Assembly (NCBI GenBank): GCA_950097015.1
Contig: CATNEN010000038.1
Location: 2,356,001-2,420,000 of the forward strand
Reading direction: 5' to 3'
From: Macrostomum hystrix
Taxonomy: Eukaryota; Animalia; Platyhelminthes
DNA: 64,000 bases
Shown piece after piece: positions 21,843 to 34,038 of this stretch (position 1 is its first letter; the number at the start of each line of letters is the position of its first letter). The translations under genes were made by a program, and so were the position numbers. The notes below the pieces were generated by a model. That model was not told the origin of the DNA. It did no database searches and worked only from the letters and a program-made list of their open reading frames with translations.

Positions 21843-23255
21843 TCTGTCATGTCTCTTCCCATCTCTGTCATGTCTCAATTCCCATCTCTGTCATATCTCT
21901 TCTCTCCCTCTGTCATATCTCTTCTCTCCCTCTGTCATATCTCTTCTCTCCCTCTGTCATATCTCTTCCCACCTCTGTAATATCTCTTCTCTCCCTCTGC
22001 CATATCTCTTCCCACCTCTGTAATATCTCTTCTCTCCCTCTGCCATATCTCTTCCCACCTCTGTAATATCTCTTCTCTCCCTCTATCATGTCTCTTCTCT
22101 CCCTCTGTCTTGTCTCTTCTCTCCCTCTATCATGTCTCTTCTCTCCCTCTATCATGTCTCTTCTCTCCCTCTGCCATATCTCTTCTCTCCCTCTGCCATA
22201 TCTCTTCTCTCCCTCTGTCATATCTCTTCTCTCCCTCTGCCATATCTCTTCTCTCTCTCTGTCATATCTCTTCCCACCTCTGTAATATCTCTTCTCTCCC
22301 TCTGCCATATCTCTTCTCTCTCTCTGTCATATCTCTTCCCACCTCTGTAATATCTCTTCTCTCCCTCTGCCATATCTCTTCCCACCTCTGTAATATCTCT
22401 TCTCTCCCTCTATCATGTCTCTTCTCTCCCTCTGTCTTGTCTCTTCTCTCCCTCTATCATGTCTCTTCTCTCCCTCTGTCTTGTCTCTTCTCTCCCTCTG
22501 TCATATCTCTTCTCTCCCTCTGCCATATCTCTTCTCTCCCTCTGCCATATCTCTTCTCTCCCTCTGTCATATCCCTTCCCACCTCTGTAATATCTCTTCT
22601 CTCTCTCTGTCATATCTCTTCCCACCTCTGTAATATCTCTTCTCTCCCTCTGCCATATCTCTTCCCACCTCTGTAATATCTCTTCTCTCCCTCTATCATG
22701 TCTCTTCTCTCCCTCTGTCTTGTCTCTTCTCTCCCTCTGTCATATCTCTTCTCTCCCTCTGCCATATCTCTTCTCTCCCTCTGTCATATCCCCTCCCACC
22801 TCTGTAATATCTCTTCTCTCCCTCTGCCATATCTCTTCCCACCTCTGTAATATCTCTTCTCTCCCTCTATCATGTCTCTTCTCTCCCTCTGTCTTGTCTC
22901 TTCTCTCCCTCTGTCTTGTCTCTTCTCTCCCTCTGTCATATCTCTTCTCTCTGCCATGTCTCTTCTCTCCCTCTATCATGTCTCTTCTCTCCTTCTGTCA
23001 TATCTCTTCTCTCCCTCTGTCATATCTCTTCTTTCCCTCTGCCATGTCTCTTCTCTCCCTCTATCATGTCTCTTCTCTCCCTCTGTCATATCTCTTCTCT
23101 CTGACATGTCTCTTCTTTCCCTCTGTCAAATCTCTTCTCTCTGCCATGTCTCTTCTCTCCCTCTATCATGTCTCTTCTCTCCTTCTGTCATTTCTCTTCT
23201 TTCCCTCTGTCATATCTCTTCTCGCTCTCTGCCATTTCTCTTCTCGCTCTCGGCA
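21843..23255. repeat. Pyrimidine-rich 19/22-bp minisatellite (TCTCTTCTCTCCCTCTGTCATA)
   Basis: ~1.4 kb of variant units with strong C/T strand bias. Confidence 0.95.
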
Positions 23256-23737
23256 TTAAGCCACCCGTGAAGCCAATGCGTTAGACTCAGTGTGAGGCAG
23301 TTTGTCAGGCCGTTACTGCCCAGCTTGAAGCTGAGGGAATAATGCTGGAAGGATAAACGATAACTACAAGAATTAAGCAATTATAAGCAGCATGAATTGT
23401 CAAATTATGCTTCACTAGGAGCGCATAGCAGTAAATCACAGTGTGACGCCAGGTGCATCCGAGCCCGCCGAACAAGACGGGTGACAAATTTGACACCTTA
23501 CCTTGGCACCCTAATCTCATAATTGTTGTCACCTCTGCGGGACCCCGCTAAGCCTTCAAGCGCGCGAAAAAAAGACACCGAGCTGCTTCGACTCATCCTC
23601 GAAAAAATGTGATAAATCAGCACATTCTTTACTCACTATATTGAGTCAGATTTTTTAGACTTTGAGCACAGACTTGAGTAAGGAATTAGCACCTAATTTT
23701 TTCAACTTACGCCCGCGAAACAACTTGGTCTATTCTT

Positions 23738-24014
23738 ATTGGCTAATACAAGTGCCGGGACCAATCAAGGCCGACTCTGACATGCCAGATGCTGTCACTT
23801 GTCCAACACTTCAATCTATATAAGCTGGGCTTGTCAATTCGATATTGGCATAGAATCCTAACAATCAATAAAAGTTACTCAAAAGCAAAACGCTTGGTTG
23901 ATGGACAGCTGCAACAGCCACACCCAATTGGTGCCTGAGTGCACTGAGCAGAAACTGAGCACCCGTGAGTCGCTCTTTGTGCGGAATCGAGCCTGCTTTC
24001 GGAATAGGTGAGTC
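23738..24014 (+). promoter_or_regulatory. Candidate Pol II promoter and non-coding first exon
   Basis: ATTGG (23738), CCAAT (23761), TATATAAG (~23817) and a consensus donor AG/GTGAGT at 24009. Confidence 0.45.
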
Positions 24015-24858
24015 CTTCTGTCTCCTACAACCTGTCCTTCTGTCTCCTACAACCTGTCCTTCTGTCTCCTACAACCTGTCCTTCTGTCTCCTACAACCTG
24101 TCCTTCTGTCTCCTACAACCTGTCCTTCTGTCTCCTACAACCTGTCCTTCTGTCTCCTACAACCTGTCCTTCTGTCTCCTACAACCTGTCCTTCTGTCTC
24201 CTACAACCTGTCCTTCTGTCTCCTACAACCTGTCCTTCTGTCTCCTACAACCTGTCCTTCTGTCTCCTACAACCTGTTCTTCTGTCTCCTACAACCTGTC
24301 CTTCTGTCTCCTACAACCTGTCCTTCTGTCTCCTACAACCTGTCCTTCTGTCTCCTACAACCTGTCCTTCTGTCTCCTACAACCTGTCCTTCTGTCTCCT
24401 ACAACCTGTCCTTCTGTCTCCTACAACCTGTCCTTCTGTCTCCTACAACCTGTCCTTCTGTCTCCTACAACCTGTCCTTCTGTCTCCTACAACCTGTCCT
24501 TCTGTCTCCTACAACCTGTCCTTCTGTCTCCTACAACCTGTCCTTCTGTCTCCTACAACCTGTCCTTCTGTCTCCTACAACCTGTCCTTCTGTCTCCTAC
24601 AACCTGTCCTTCTGTCTCCTGTAATCTGTCCTGCTGCCTCATGGAATCTGTCCTGCTGTCTCATGGAATCTGTCCTGCTGCCTCATGGAATCTGTCCTGC
24701 TGCCTCATGGAATCTGTCCTGCTGCCTCATGAAATCTGTCCTGCTGCCTAATGGAATCTGTCCTGCTGCCTCATGGAATCTGTCCTGCTGTCTAATGGAA
24801 TCTGTCCTGCTGTCTCATGGAATCTGTCCTGCTGTCTCATGGAATCTGTCCTGCTGTC
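24014..24858. repeat. Two abutting 22-bp minisatellites
   Basis: CCTTCTGTCTCCTACAACCTGT x ~27 (to ~24620), then AATCTGTCCTGCTGCCTCATGG x ~11. Confidence 0.96.
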
Positions 24859-24933
24859 TTTTGTTTCCCAGTGACCAATGTACTACTTTTTCTGCTCAAT
24901 GTGAGTAGCATTTAGGAATTCCAATTTTTTCTC

Positions 24934-25617
24934 GAATTTCGCAGTCGCCGACCGCTGCGCTGGCTCCGGGCAGCCGAGGTCGCACTGGACGCTACGCCGA
25001 CGGCAGCTCCGGGCACTCCCAGACTCGGCAACTGTCGCCGTCCGGATCGCGGAGTTGTCGTTGAAGCCGCTGACCATTTCTGCCACCGGCAGCGGCTGCC
25101 GCTGTCAACACTCCGACTGGAACCGCAGCGAATCGTGACGAATCCGCGCTGCCGCCGACCGTCTCGAAGAAACACCGGCTGCCGCCCGCAGCTGCCGCCG
25201 GTGGCTCCCGTGCCGGTACCGAGTCTCCCGATGGTGACAGCCAGTCAGCAGCCGCAGCCGGCCCCGCTAACTCCAGCGCTGGACTTCTCCGTCGCCTCGC
25301 TGCCTTCGAAAACAGCACAGTCGCCTCTAAGAGCTCGCCAAGGCCGCTGCGACCTCACCCTGCAGCGGCTGCCGACGAGTCCATCGAGTCGAGCTGGAAG
25401 CCGACGTCGACTGTCCATTGTCAAGAAACTGGCCGAGAGGCTGCGCCAGCGAGTCCGCGGGCTGGCGTCCCCCTGGTCGCCGAAGCCGATGATGATGATG
25501 CGTCGCAGCTCATTTTCGATGATTTCGACCCCGTCAAAGTCGAAGTGCGGCCGATTGAGCGCCAGACCGACCGGGTTGCTAAGGCGAGTCGTTGTCATAG
25601 CAGCCGTTGACGATTGA
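24934..25617 (+). CDS. Hypothetical Arg/Pro/Ser-rich exon
   Basis: GC-rich island with the + frame of ORF 25135-25617 open further upstream. Strand and boundaries are uncertain. Confidence 0.3.
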   Translation, partial: EFRSRRPLRWLRAAEVALDATPTAAPGTPRLGNCRRPDRGVVVEAADHFCHRQRLPLSTLRLEPQRIVTNPRCRRPSRRNTGCRPQLPPVAPVPVPSLPMVTASQQPQPAPLTPALDFSVASLPSKTAQSPLRARQGRCDLTLQRLPTSPSSRAGSRRRLSIVKKLAERLRQRVRGLASPWSPKPMMMMRRSSFSMISTPSKSKCGRLSARPTGLLRRVVVIAAVDD

Positions 25618-26090
25618 GTCTCAGCTCAGTCGTCCACCCGCAAGTTGTTTTAGTTTTCGCGCATTAAATTTGTGGAAATTAGTTTTAGCTTGTGCGTTCA
25701 TTACAGATTCTGTTTTAGCAAATGTCTACAACCACAGGTCAATAGTTGCCGTTGAAATAGTATTTAAATTTTTAGACAATATTAACATGCAGATTACATT
25801 AACGCTTCTTACCGACGGCTACTACAAGTAGTGCGTTTAAAAAATATAATATTTCATAGATTGATATTCTGTACAGCGCTATGGAAAAATAAGAAAAAAA
25901 TGGCAAAATCATTTTTCAAAATTGTTCAAACGGAAATTCATATGGTCATTTAAAAAATTGTCCAAGTACGTTTGTGAAGGGCATGGCAATCAAACTCAAT
26001 TGGCACAGAAGCATCACGTGACCCGTGATCGCATGAGTGCATTGGCCTGCTGTGATTGATGGCTTCCTCAGTCATGAATTTAACTTCAGC

Positions 26091-26850
26091 CTACCGAGGT
26101 AAACTCGAGACGCTAACATTTGACCTCGAGAGTCGCAGCGTCTGCTCCACGTGAACGCTCTCACCTCTGACCGGATAGTCCAAATGGTAAGTCATTCTGC
26201 CCCCTGAGCCTCCCGCACTTTGACCGGTTGCTTCAGGAACCGGTGGAGCGGTACCTGGCTGCGGTGGGTCTTCCTCGCTTCCTGTCTGTGTACCGGCATT
26301 TGTCCTGGTCCGCTGATGCAATTGCTGTTGTTGTTGCTGCTGCTGTTGCTGCCCAATTTGGTTATTAGCACTTTGTAGGGCGCTTATTAATGTGGCAAAA
26401 ACTTCACCAGAACCGGAACCCTCGTCTCTAGCGGCGGTTCGAAGAAGCTCGTTCAACCGGGTGATGTCGAAGCCCTGTGCTGCTGCTCTTGAAGCGGCTG
26501 CAGCAGGTTCGGAATTGAAATCGATGACGGGGCTGATCTCATCGGAGACAGCAGAGCTGGGAATCTCGTTCGTGACCCGGTCCTGGCCCGCAGCGGGGGT
26601 TCGGCTCCATCGATCGATGGTTGAATCGTTGACGGTGTCGACTGAATTGACTACATCGCTGCTGATAAAGTAAGATGGAGATAACGTCAGAGATTTTGCT
26701 GGCCCACTATTGCTGCTGCTGCTGCTGCTGCCGCTTGGAGCGGCTAGTTTGACAATTAGCCTATCGACTGCTATTGACACAACCGCTGGGATCAAGTGCA
26801 TTGATTCGTCCGGAAGATCGCCGAACAAGCCAGGGAAAAGCTCCAGAAGC
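26091..26850 (-). CDS. Terminal exon of a hypothetical low-complexity protein
   Basis: Pyrimidine tract plus CAG acceptor near 26851 and ~250 open codons with polyS/polyQ. It may join an upstream exon ending AAG/GTAAGG near 27474. Confidence 0.5.
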
Positions 26851-28248
26851 TGCAAGTTGGAGAAAAACAAGAAAGAAATCACATGCAGCTAAGAAAATTT
26901 GTTGGAGAAGAAAAAATTCCTGTCTTCTCAACTAGTTTAGCAACCATTGTGAAATGACAATTGCAATTCGATTATTTTAGTGATTAAAACTCGGAATGAA
27001 ACCTTCGCTAAAATGTTTAAGAACTACTAAAAGTAGAATAAATGAAAATAAAACACTAGAGACCGCTTGAATATTTTACCGATGCCTAGTGACATCCGTG
27101 ATGTGATGTTGAGCTAAAAATAGAAATGAGATATTAGCTCACAAAGGTACGGGCTAAAAATAGGCACATTTTGTTTTGTGTGCGTTGCTGCAAAATTCTG
27201 GATGCCCTGAGTACAGTGAGAAAGCTTAGGTATGTCATTTAGCTTAAGTATCTTATTTAGCATAACACTCGTAAATGAGCAAACGTAGTTCCATTTCGAT
27301 TCTATGAAGAATAAATTTCTTTGAAATATTCGACATGTTTCCATTTTAAGCCAGATAAGACGAACGAGCGATAAACTGAAGAGAATATAATTTAGAGAAA
27401 AAAGTATGAAGGTAAACTCTGCAACTTTTATCTGTACGGTACGGTAAAATACGGTTCTCCCATTGACCCTTACCTTCCGCGTGAGCATAGCCACAACTAT
27501 TGGAGCAGCAAGAGAGCCGATGTAATGAGCAAGAACTAGAACGATGCATTTTACAGTCTTTCTGGAGAATGGCAGGAATGACAAGAATGTGCAGCTGCGA
27601 TTTTTCCTATAATCAGCGCTCTGAAATGCATGAAACCAGGTTATGTAACAAGGGCCTACTACAGATACTAGAACATGTTGAAGTTGTTCTAGCATCTGCA
27701 GTGCCGACAAGTGGTGGAATTAATGCGATTGTTACGAACCAGATTTGCTGCTTCACTGCTGCACTTTTGAAAACTCCTTCGGGCGGAAGCTTTCCGGTAC
27801 ACTGCAGTCTGCTCCATGGCTGCTTTAGTTAGAAGGTTCAACAGTCATTCTCTCATAGTCATTTTAATCTGGGTATGTTACAGAAGCAGTGACTGTACTT
27901 TTGAAGCGTACAGCCGCCATTATGACAATATGGACTGTACATACAACGGCTAGAGAGTACGCTTATGAATTTCCTGAGCGCTCAATGCTAAACGAACAAC
28001 AGCAAAATGTTCACTCTTAAAAAAGGAACTTTATTTTAACTTTCGGTTCATTACTATGTACGAGGTAAAAGGCAAATCAGATAAGAAATTGACAAATTAA
28101 CTACGCACGTAACTGGGACTTGAAAAAGATTTATTCATTTCCAACATCACACATTACTCGATTGTCACAAGTTTAGCACTATCACAAGCGTTCATCACGG
28201 CCGTGCTCTATCACGACTAGTTTGTCACATTCCATTGACTTTTTCAAA

Positions 28249-30540
28249 TTAAACAAACGGATGGGGAGGAGCTAGATGCTCTGATTGCTGCTGTTGTTGC
28301 TGCTGCTGATAGGACTGCAGATGCGTCGGCTGTTGTTGCTGCTGCTGATAAGACTGCAGATGCGTCGGCTGTTGTTGCTGTTGATGATAAGACTGCAGAT
28401 GCGTCGGCTGTTGTTGCTGCTGCTGATAGGACTGCAGATGCGTCGGCTGTTGTTGCTGCTGCTGATAGGACTGCAGATGCGTCGGCTGTTGTTGCTGCTG
28501 CTGATAGGACTGCAGATGCGTCGGCTGTTGTGGCTGCTGCTGATAAGACTGCAGATGCGTCGGCTGTTGTTGCTGTTGCTGATAAGACTGCAGATGCGTC
28601 GGCTGTTGTGGCTGCTGCTGATAAGACTGCAGATGCGTCGGCTGTTGTGGCTGCTGCTGATAAGACTGCAGATGCGTCGGCTGTTGTTGCTGTTGCTGAT
28701 AAGACTGCAGATGCGTCGGCTGTTGTGGCTGCTGCTGATAAGACTGCAGATGCGTCGGCTGTTGTTGCTGCTGCTGATAAGACTGCAGATGCGTCGGCTG
28801 TTGTGGCTGCTGCTGATAAGACTGCAGATGCGTCGGCTGTTGTTGCTGTTGCTGATAGGACTGCAGATGCGTCGGCTGTTGTGGCTGCTGCTGATAAGAC
28901 TGCAGATGCGTCGGCTGTTGTGGCTGCTGCTGATAAGACTGCAGATGCGTCGGCTGTTGTTGCTGTTGCTGATAAGACTGCAGATGCGTCGGCTGTTGTG
29001 GCTGCTCCTGATAAGACTGCAGATGCGTCGGCTGTTGTTGCTGCTGCTGATAAGACTGCAGATGCGTCGGCTGTTGTTGCTGCTGCTGATAAGACTGCAG
29101 ATGCGTCGGCTGTTGTTGCTGTTGCTGATAGGACTGCAGATGCGTCGGCTGTTGTTGCTGCTGCTGATAAGACTGCAGATGCGTCGGCTGTTGTTGCTGT
29201 TGCTGATAGGACTGCAGATGCGTCGGCTGTTGTTGCTGCTGCTGATAAGACTGCAGATGCGTCGGCTGTTGTTGCTGCTGCTGATAAGACTGCAGATGCG
29301 TCGGCTGTTGTTGCTGTTGCTGATAGGACTGCAGATGCGCCGGCTGTTGTGGCTGCTCCTGATAAGACTGCAGATGCGTCGGCTGTTGTGGCTGTTGATG
29401 ATAAGACTGCAGATGCGTCGGCTGTTGTGGCTGTTGATGATAAGACTGCAGATGCGTCGGCTGTTGTGGCTGCTCCTGATAAGACTGCAGATGCGTCGGC
29501 TGTTGTTGCTGTTGCTGATAGGACTGCAGATGCGCCGGCTGTTGTGGCTGCTCCTGATAAGACTGCAGATGCGTCGGCTGTTGTGGCTGTTGATGATAAG
29601 ACTGCAGATGCGTCGGCTGTTGTGGCTGTTGATGATAAGACTGCAGATGCGTCGGCTGTTGTGGCTGCTCCTGATAGGACTGCAGATGCGTCGGCTGTTG
29701 TAGCTGCTGCTGGTGAAAATACGGCTGCTGCTGATGATATTGCTGCTGCTGTTGTTGTGTCCACTGTGGCTGCTGCTGCTGCTGATTATGCTGCTGCTGA
29801 TGCTGATAATCCTGCTGCTGATGCTGCTGTGGATGGCTGCAGATGCTTATTTGATGCGAATTATTTATTTTCTTTGCGTTGTTTACTTGACACAGTTTTG
29901 CATATATTGATATTCCAGCTGGTAGTTGCCGATTTTCTTCACCAGTAAATCCAGCACCACCACTGCCGCTGCCGCTGCCATCGCCACCACCGCCACCACC
30001 GCCACCACCGCTACCACCACCACCACCGCCACCACCGCCACTACCGTCCCCATCGCCACCACCGCGACCACCGCGACCACCGCCGCTACCTCCTGAGTTT
30101 ATTGGCTGCTGCTGCTGCTGCTGCTGCTGTGGGAGCTGTTGGTACTGATGAGGCGGTTCTCCTTGCTCAACTCCATGGCCTGGGTCCAATTCACCGAAAA
30201 GCAAATTCTGTTCTGGACCGCTAGCTCTTGCTGCATGATGAATGTAAAATTGAATGAGATAGATCAATGTCGCCTGAGCCATTTGGCTGACAGAAAGCTG
30301 AAAAAGGCTGCCTTCTCCTCGGCGATGCTCACTGACAGAGTTGGAGCTCACAATCAGCGACTCGTCCCGCTCACTGACACTCGAAAGCTCGATTCTAGTA
30401 AGATTCTCTTTAACAGTCCGCTGAGCAGCTCCATACAGGTGATCAGCCGGTTCCGGCCGGCTGACGTCAACGTTTAAGATTAGATTGACCTTTCTCTCAT
30501 GGCAGTAGGAATCCGTGGAGAGCTCATTGGACAGCTGCAC
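28249..30540 (-). CDS. Gly/Gln-rich repeat protein (QQPTHLQSYQQQQ x ~36)
   Basis: 763-codon open frame with a unique N-terminal part, a polyG tract and a 13-aa repeat. The true start and exon structure are unresolved. Confidence 0.5.
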   Translation of the reverse strand: MQLSNELSTDSYCHERKVNLILNVDVSRPEPADHLYGAAQRTVKENLTRIELSSVSERDESLIVSSNSVSEHRRGEGSLFQLSVSQMAQATLIYLIQFYIHHAARASGPEQNLLFGELDPGHGVEQGEPPHQYQQLPQQQQQQQQPINSGGSGGGRGGRGGGDGDGSGGGGGGGGGSGGGGGGGGGDGSGSGSGGAGFTGEENRQLPAGISIYAKLCQVNNAKKINNSHQISICSHPQQHQQQDYQHQQQHNQQQQQPQWTQQQQQQYHQQQPYFHQQQLQQPTHLQSYQEQPQQPTHLQSYHQQPQQPTHLQSYHQQPQQPTHLQSYQEQPQQPAHLQSYQQQQQQPTHLQSYQEQPQQPTHLQSYHQQPQQPTHLQSYHQQPQQPTHLQSYQEQPQQPAHLQSYQQQQQQPTHLQSYQQQQQQPTHLQSYQQQQQQPTHLQSYQQQQQQPTHLQSYQQQQQQPTHLQSYQQQQQQPTHLQSYQQQQQQPTHLQSYQQQQQQPTHLQSYQEQPQQPTHLQSYQQQQQQPTHLQSYQQQPQQPTHLQSYQQQPQQPTHLQSYQQQQQQPTHLQSYQQQPQQPTHLQSYQQQQQQPTHLQSYQQQPQQPTHLQSYQQQQQQPTHLQSYQQQPQQPTHLQSYQQQPQQPTHLQSYQQQQQQPTHLQSYQQQPQQPTHLQSYQQQQQQPTHLQSYQQQQQQPTHLQSYQQQQQQPTHLQSYHQQQQQPTHLQSYQQQQQQPTHLQSYQQQQQQQQSEHLAPPHPFV
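28285..29712. repeat. 39-bp minisatellite, ~36 copies
   Basis: Unit GCTGATAAGACTGCAGATGCGTCGGCTGTTGTTGCTGCT and variants. Confidence 0.96.
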
Positions 30541-30615
30541 CGCGGCACACGCATCTTCTGCTGGTTCAGATGCCTGAATGTAAGCGATTTTGGTCTGTCC
30601 TTCAGGCTGGAACGT

Positions 30616-31167
30616 TCAGGCTCGGGCTCCCATTGCACAGGTATCAGCGCTTGGACACTCCTTGCCATCTGCAACGCGAGACTCCAGAGCTTGAAGATCT
30701 TCGGCTTGAAGCTCGGGTCCTTGAAAATATTCGGCTTGCAACACAACTGCTGGAGTGTCTTTCATTCGATTTTGTAGACCGAATGCCAGGGTGGGAGCGA
30801 GTGTGGCTTCTGGAGCTCGCACACCCGTTGAATCGGCGTTTGGAGTACAAAGTACGTTAACGCCGACTTTTTCGGCGTCCAGCGTTGAAATTTTCTTTAC
30901 CCCCTTTTGGGGTGTGCTTATAATGCTTGGTTTGATTTCGGCTCTGGCCAGAAGTGCCGCAGCAATGATGGCAGCAGCTATAGCTAAACAAGCAGCTGAT
31001 AGTGAACAGTTAAGCGCACAACCATAGCGTAACTTTAACGTAGCGTCCAGCGCAAAGAAGTTGCAGATTGTGCAGGCTGTTCCAACGAGCTGGGCATGGA
31101 AAACTGATGCGACCATTGCAATCTGGAAATGCGATGGTGGCATATGAGTGCTGGAGTCATCTAGCAT
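30616..31167 (-). CDS. Hypothetical protein with hydrophobic segment (possible 5' part of the Gln-rich gene)
   Basis: ATG-initiated 183-aa ORF containing ACLAIAAAIIAAALL; overlaps further open frames leading into the Gln-rich ORF. Confidence 0.35.
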   Translation of the reverse strand: MLDDSSTHMPPSHFQIAMVASVFHAQLVGTACTICNFFALDATLKLRYGCALNCSLSAACLAIAAAIIAAALLARAEIKPSIISTPQKGVKKISTLDAEKVGVNVLCTPNADSTGVRAPEATLAPTLAFGLQNRMKDTPAVVLQAEYFQGPELQAEDLQALESRVADGKECPSADTCAMGARA

Positions 31168-31195
31168 TTGACTTTCGAAATATTTAAGTTCTGTA

Positions 31196-31300
31196 GCTGG
31201 GGTGACTGGCGGAGAAGTTTCGCGCCTGATTCTCGCATCCAGTCCAGGTCCCTGAGCTCGAATCCCTATCGAGACTAATTTTGGGCGCAGCCGCGGAGAG
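31196..31300 (+). mobile_element. SINE family A, truncated head
   Basis: GAGCTCGAATCC B-box followed by TTTGGGCGCAGCCGCGGAGA. Confidence 0.55.
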
Positions 31301-32360
31301 TAGCTGCTTGGGCCGTGTCTTTTAATTAATGTTCATTAACAGTTGCAAGACAACAGGAAAATTTCAAATACCTTCTCCTTACTTCACGATAACTTATCAA
31401 ATCGAATGATCGGTTTTCGTTAAATTCCACCATATAGATCAAAATTTGCCCCCATTTACGATGGAATAACTTTCAAAGCGTCCGACGTCAGCATCGACGA
31501 GATATTCAGCGATTCTAGCCGAAGACCCTGGTGACAACTAACATTGCTCTGTGTAAGACTCTACGGCTAATATTGGTTTGAATATCTCAAAGATGCCCAT
31601 GTTCCGTGATTCTGAAAGCTGCTTCATCGGATAGTAAGGATAATTTTAAATTTAAAAGACACTTTCAAAAGAAAAAGTGTTAAACGTGATCTTTCTACTG
31701 CCCACTTTCTACTTTCTACAGGTACCACCTGTGGGTCACCTATTCGCAAAATCATTTGCGAACACACTCACAATTACTAATAGTAGAATTTAAGTGTCTC
31801 TGAGTTGAAAACTTGAGTTAGTTTAACAATGTGAAGCGTTTAGTTCCATGTTCAGTTCTCAGTTGCATGCACAGCTTACCAGCTCAATACTAACGATGAA
31901 AATTAGAGTATTCCTTACAAAGCAAGAATTACTGTTTTGATTAATCGAAAAATTAATTGTCGCCTTCATGATCTGCTAATTAATACAAATTTACTGCTCA
32001 TAACACTCGTTAAATATAATTAGGTTTGCTTAACACAACAGTTTTAGCTTGCTTTTTATCGTCCCAAATTACATTCAGGTGATTGTACCCTGTTATAAGG
32101 CGCTAAAAATGCAGCAGGAAAGTGTACAACTATTAAATGTGCATTTTACAGCTCATAACCGCATATTTAGATGCTATTTTTGTGTCTGAGCAAGCTTTGA
32201 TGTCATCACTGCAGTAAAAATAGTATCAGAGATAAAAATTTTTTATATTTCAGCTCTATTTAGCTTTACCTAAGGCTCCTTGAGCTAATGTAATGTTGAA
32301 ACATTTTCAGGTGCAGTTGGACAACAAATAGGAAATTAATTATCAACTCTGGGATTTTTT

Positions 32361-32475
32361 GGCTATGAGGCACAGCGGTTAACACACTTGCCTGATCTAG
32401 CATCAAAAGTTCCCGAGCTCGTTTCCGCGGCGAGGGCCCGTACAGTCCTTTGGGCGCAGCCGCGGAGAAAGGGCA
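32361..32475 (+). mobile_element. SINE family A, truncated head
   Basis: A-box-like GGCACAGCGGTTAAC, then GAGCTCGTTTCCGCGGCGAG and TTTGGGCGCAGCCGCGGAGA. Confidence 0.6.
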
Positions 32476-34038
32476 TTGAATTAAGCCGACCCCGAAAACA
32501 CAGTGAGAGTGACAAGAAAGTCACACGGGTGTGTACTTCTCCTTGAGACAAGGCATGACGCAAGAAAACATGTGCCGTGCTTCTTACGTGTTTCAGAAAT
32601 TAACGAATTTGCAGAATATTTCGGGTTTGAATTTTTCTAGAAATTTCACACCGTAAAATTTTTTTACCAAAATGAACAATACCAAGTAAGTGTGGGAGGC
32701 CTCTGTCTTTACTGACAACCTCTGTCTAATATATATATATTTATTTATTTATAAATGCTATGTATTTATCCACTATTGCTCAAATTGCTCAGTTTAAACA
32801 ATACAATTTATATGTACTTGTGTAAATTGCCTGGAAAAATTCTCTAGGTAGCATATATTGACTGCGTCCGAGCGGCAAGACACTCCAATTATTATCCTCT
32901 AACCATTGGCAATCGATTCAGTCCTTTCAGGCTTCCAATGGATCAAAATTTCCCAGTCTCCACGCACGTATAAAACTCACTCTGGAATTTCCTTTGTTCT
33001 TATTTGGAATTTATCCCTTGCTTCGGTCAGCTGCATGGTTATTAACAGTAGAACTACCAAGGGTGGGGAATTCCCCCCCTCCTGACAATTTTTTTGCTGC
33101 ACCCGAACGGAACAATGCAATCACACGAAACTCAAGAACACGGGCCAACTTTTTGTTGCGCATCTTCTGAAACAAGAAACAAGTCGCCAGCTCTTCAGAC
33201 AGTCGAGATATTCAATGTTTCTGGCCGAAGGTCCGATTTTTCCCATAAGAGCTAGTGTATTTCATACACCCCTATACACGAATTTGCACTGCGCCTCAGT
33301 GCGGCCTTTCCAGACCTTCAAACTTTATCAGCATGTCACCCGAATGTGCTTGCATCATCTCCGACTTCGGCGGTCACCGACCTTTATTTAGATCTATCTC
33401 TCTTATCTATCTAGACCTTCAAGAGCTACAACAGGTGGAACTAGGCCACTATGGACACCCTGACGCGAATTTCTCCAATTTCACTGTTCAAGCCTAACTA
33501 TTAGGCGCAGCTCAACCACAGGACACCCTGGACTAGTCTGTCAACCAATCAGTCACCCCCAAAGCATTCAGGCGTTAACCTGTTAACCTTCATTTCTTTG
33601 TTCAATCTGACTCTAGCGTATGACTTTGTCCAATCAACCTTCAACTCTGAAAAAAAATCAACACAGAACTCAATTTCAATCTGATTTATTACACTTCTTT
33701 TATTTGGGGCCTTTAGCCAAAATTCCCGTCTGCTCATTTTTGGCCTCCGCGGGCAGTTATATTAATATCTCACGTCCACAAAGGGGAGGGGGGAACACAT
33801 AACAATTTAAACAAACACTCGAATAAAATAATTGTTCTTGGCGGCAATTTGGTTTTGGAATTAAACAGTACTAAAAAAGGGTCTACCTCAAAAGTTTTGT
33901 TGAAAAATAAAAATCTCAAATAACTTCGAATTTGTTGACTTTCTCATGAATTCACCTTCAAGCTAGATTCCAAAATTCAGACAAAAATCAATAAAAATTC
34001 AACTGAAACACGAACTTCGATTGCAAACGCAGCCGTTT

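Noticed and set aside
19303-24908. Repetitive ORFs in the 24-mer, CT-rich and 22-mer arrays
   Set aside because: These are stop-free by-products of tandem repeats.
24912-25598. Selenoprotein read-through at GCGC-TGA on the minus strand
   Set aside because: The frame is the antisense shadow of a GC-rich + ORF. No redox fold or SECIS was recognised.
28244-29764. Ala/Thr antifreeze-like protein
   Set aside because: It is an alternative frame of a CAG-rich array with no signal peptide. The Gln frame is continuous with unique coding sequence.
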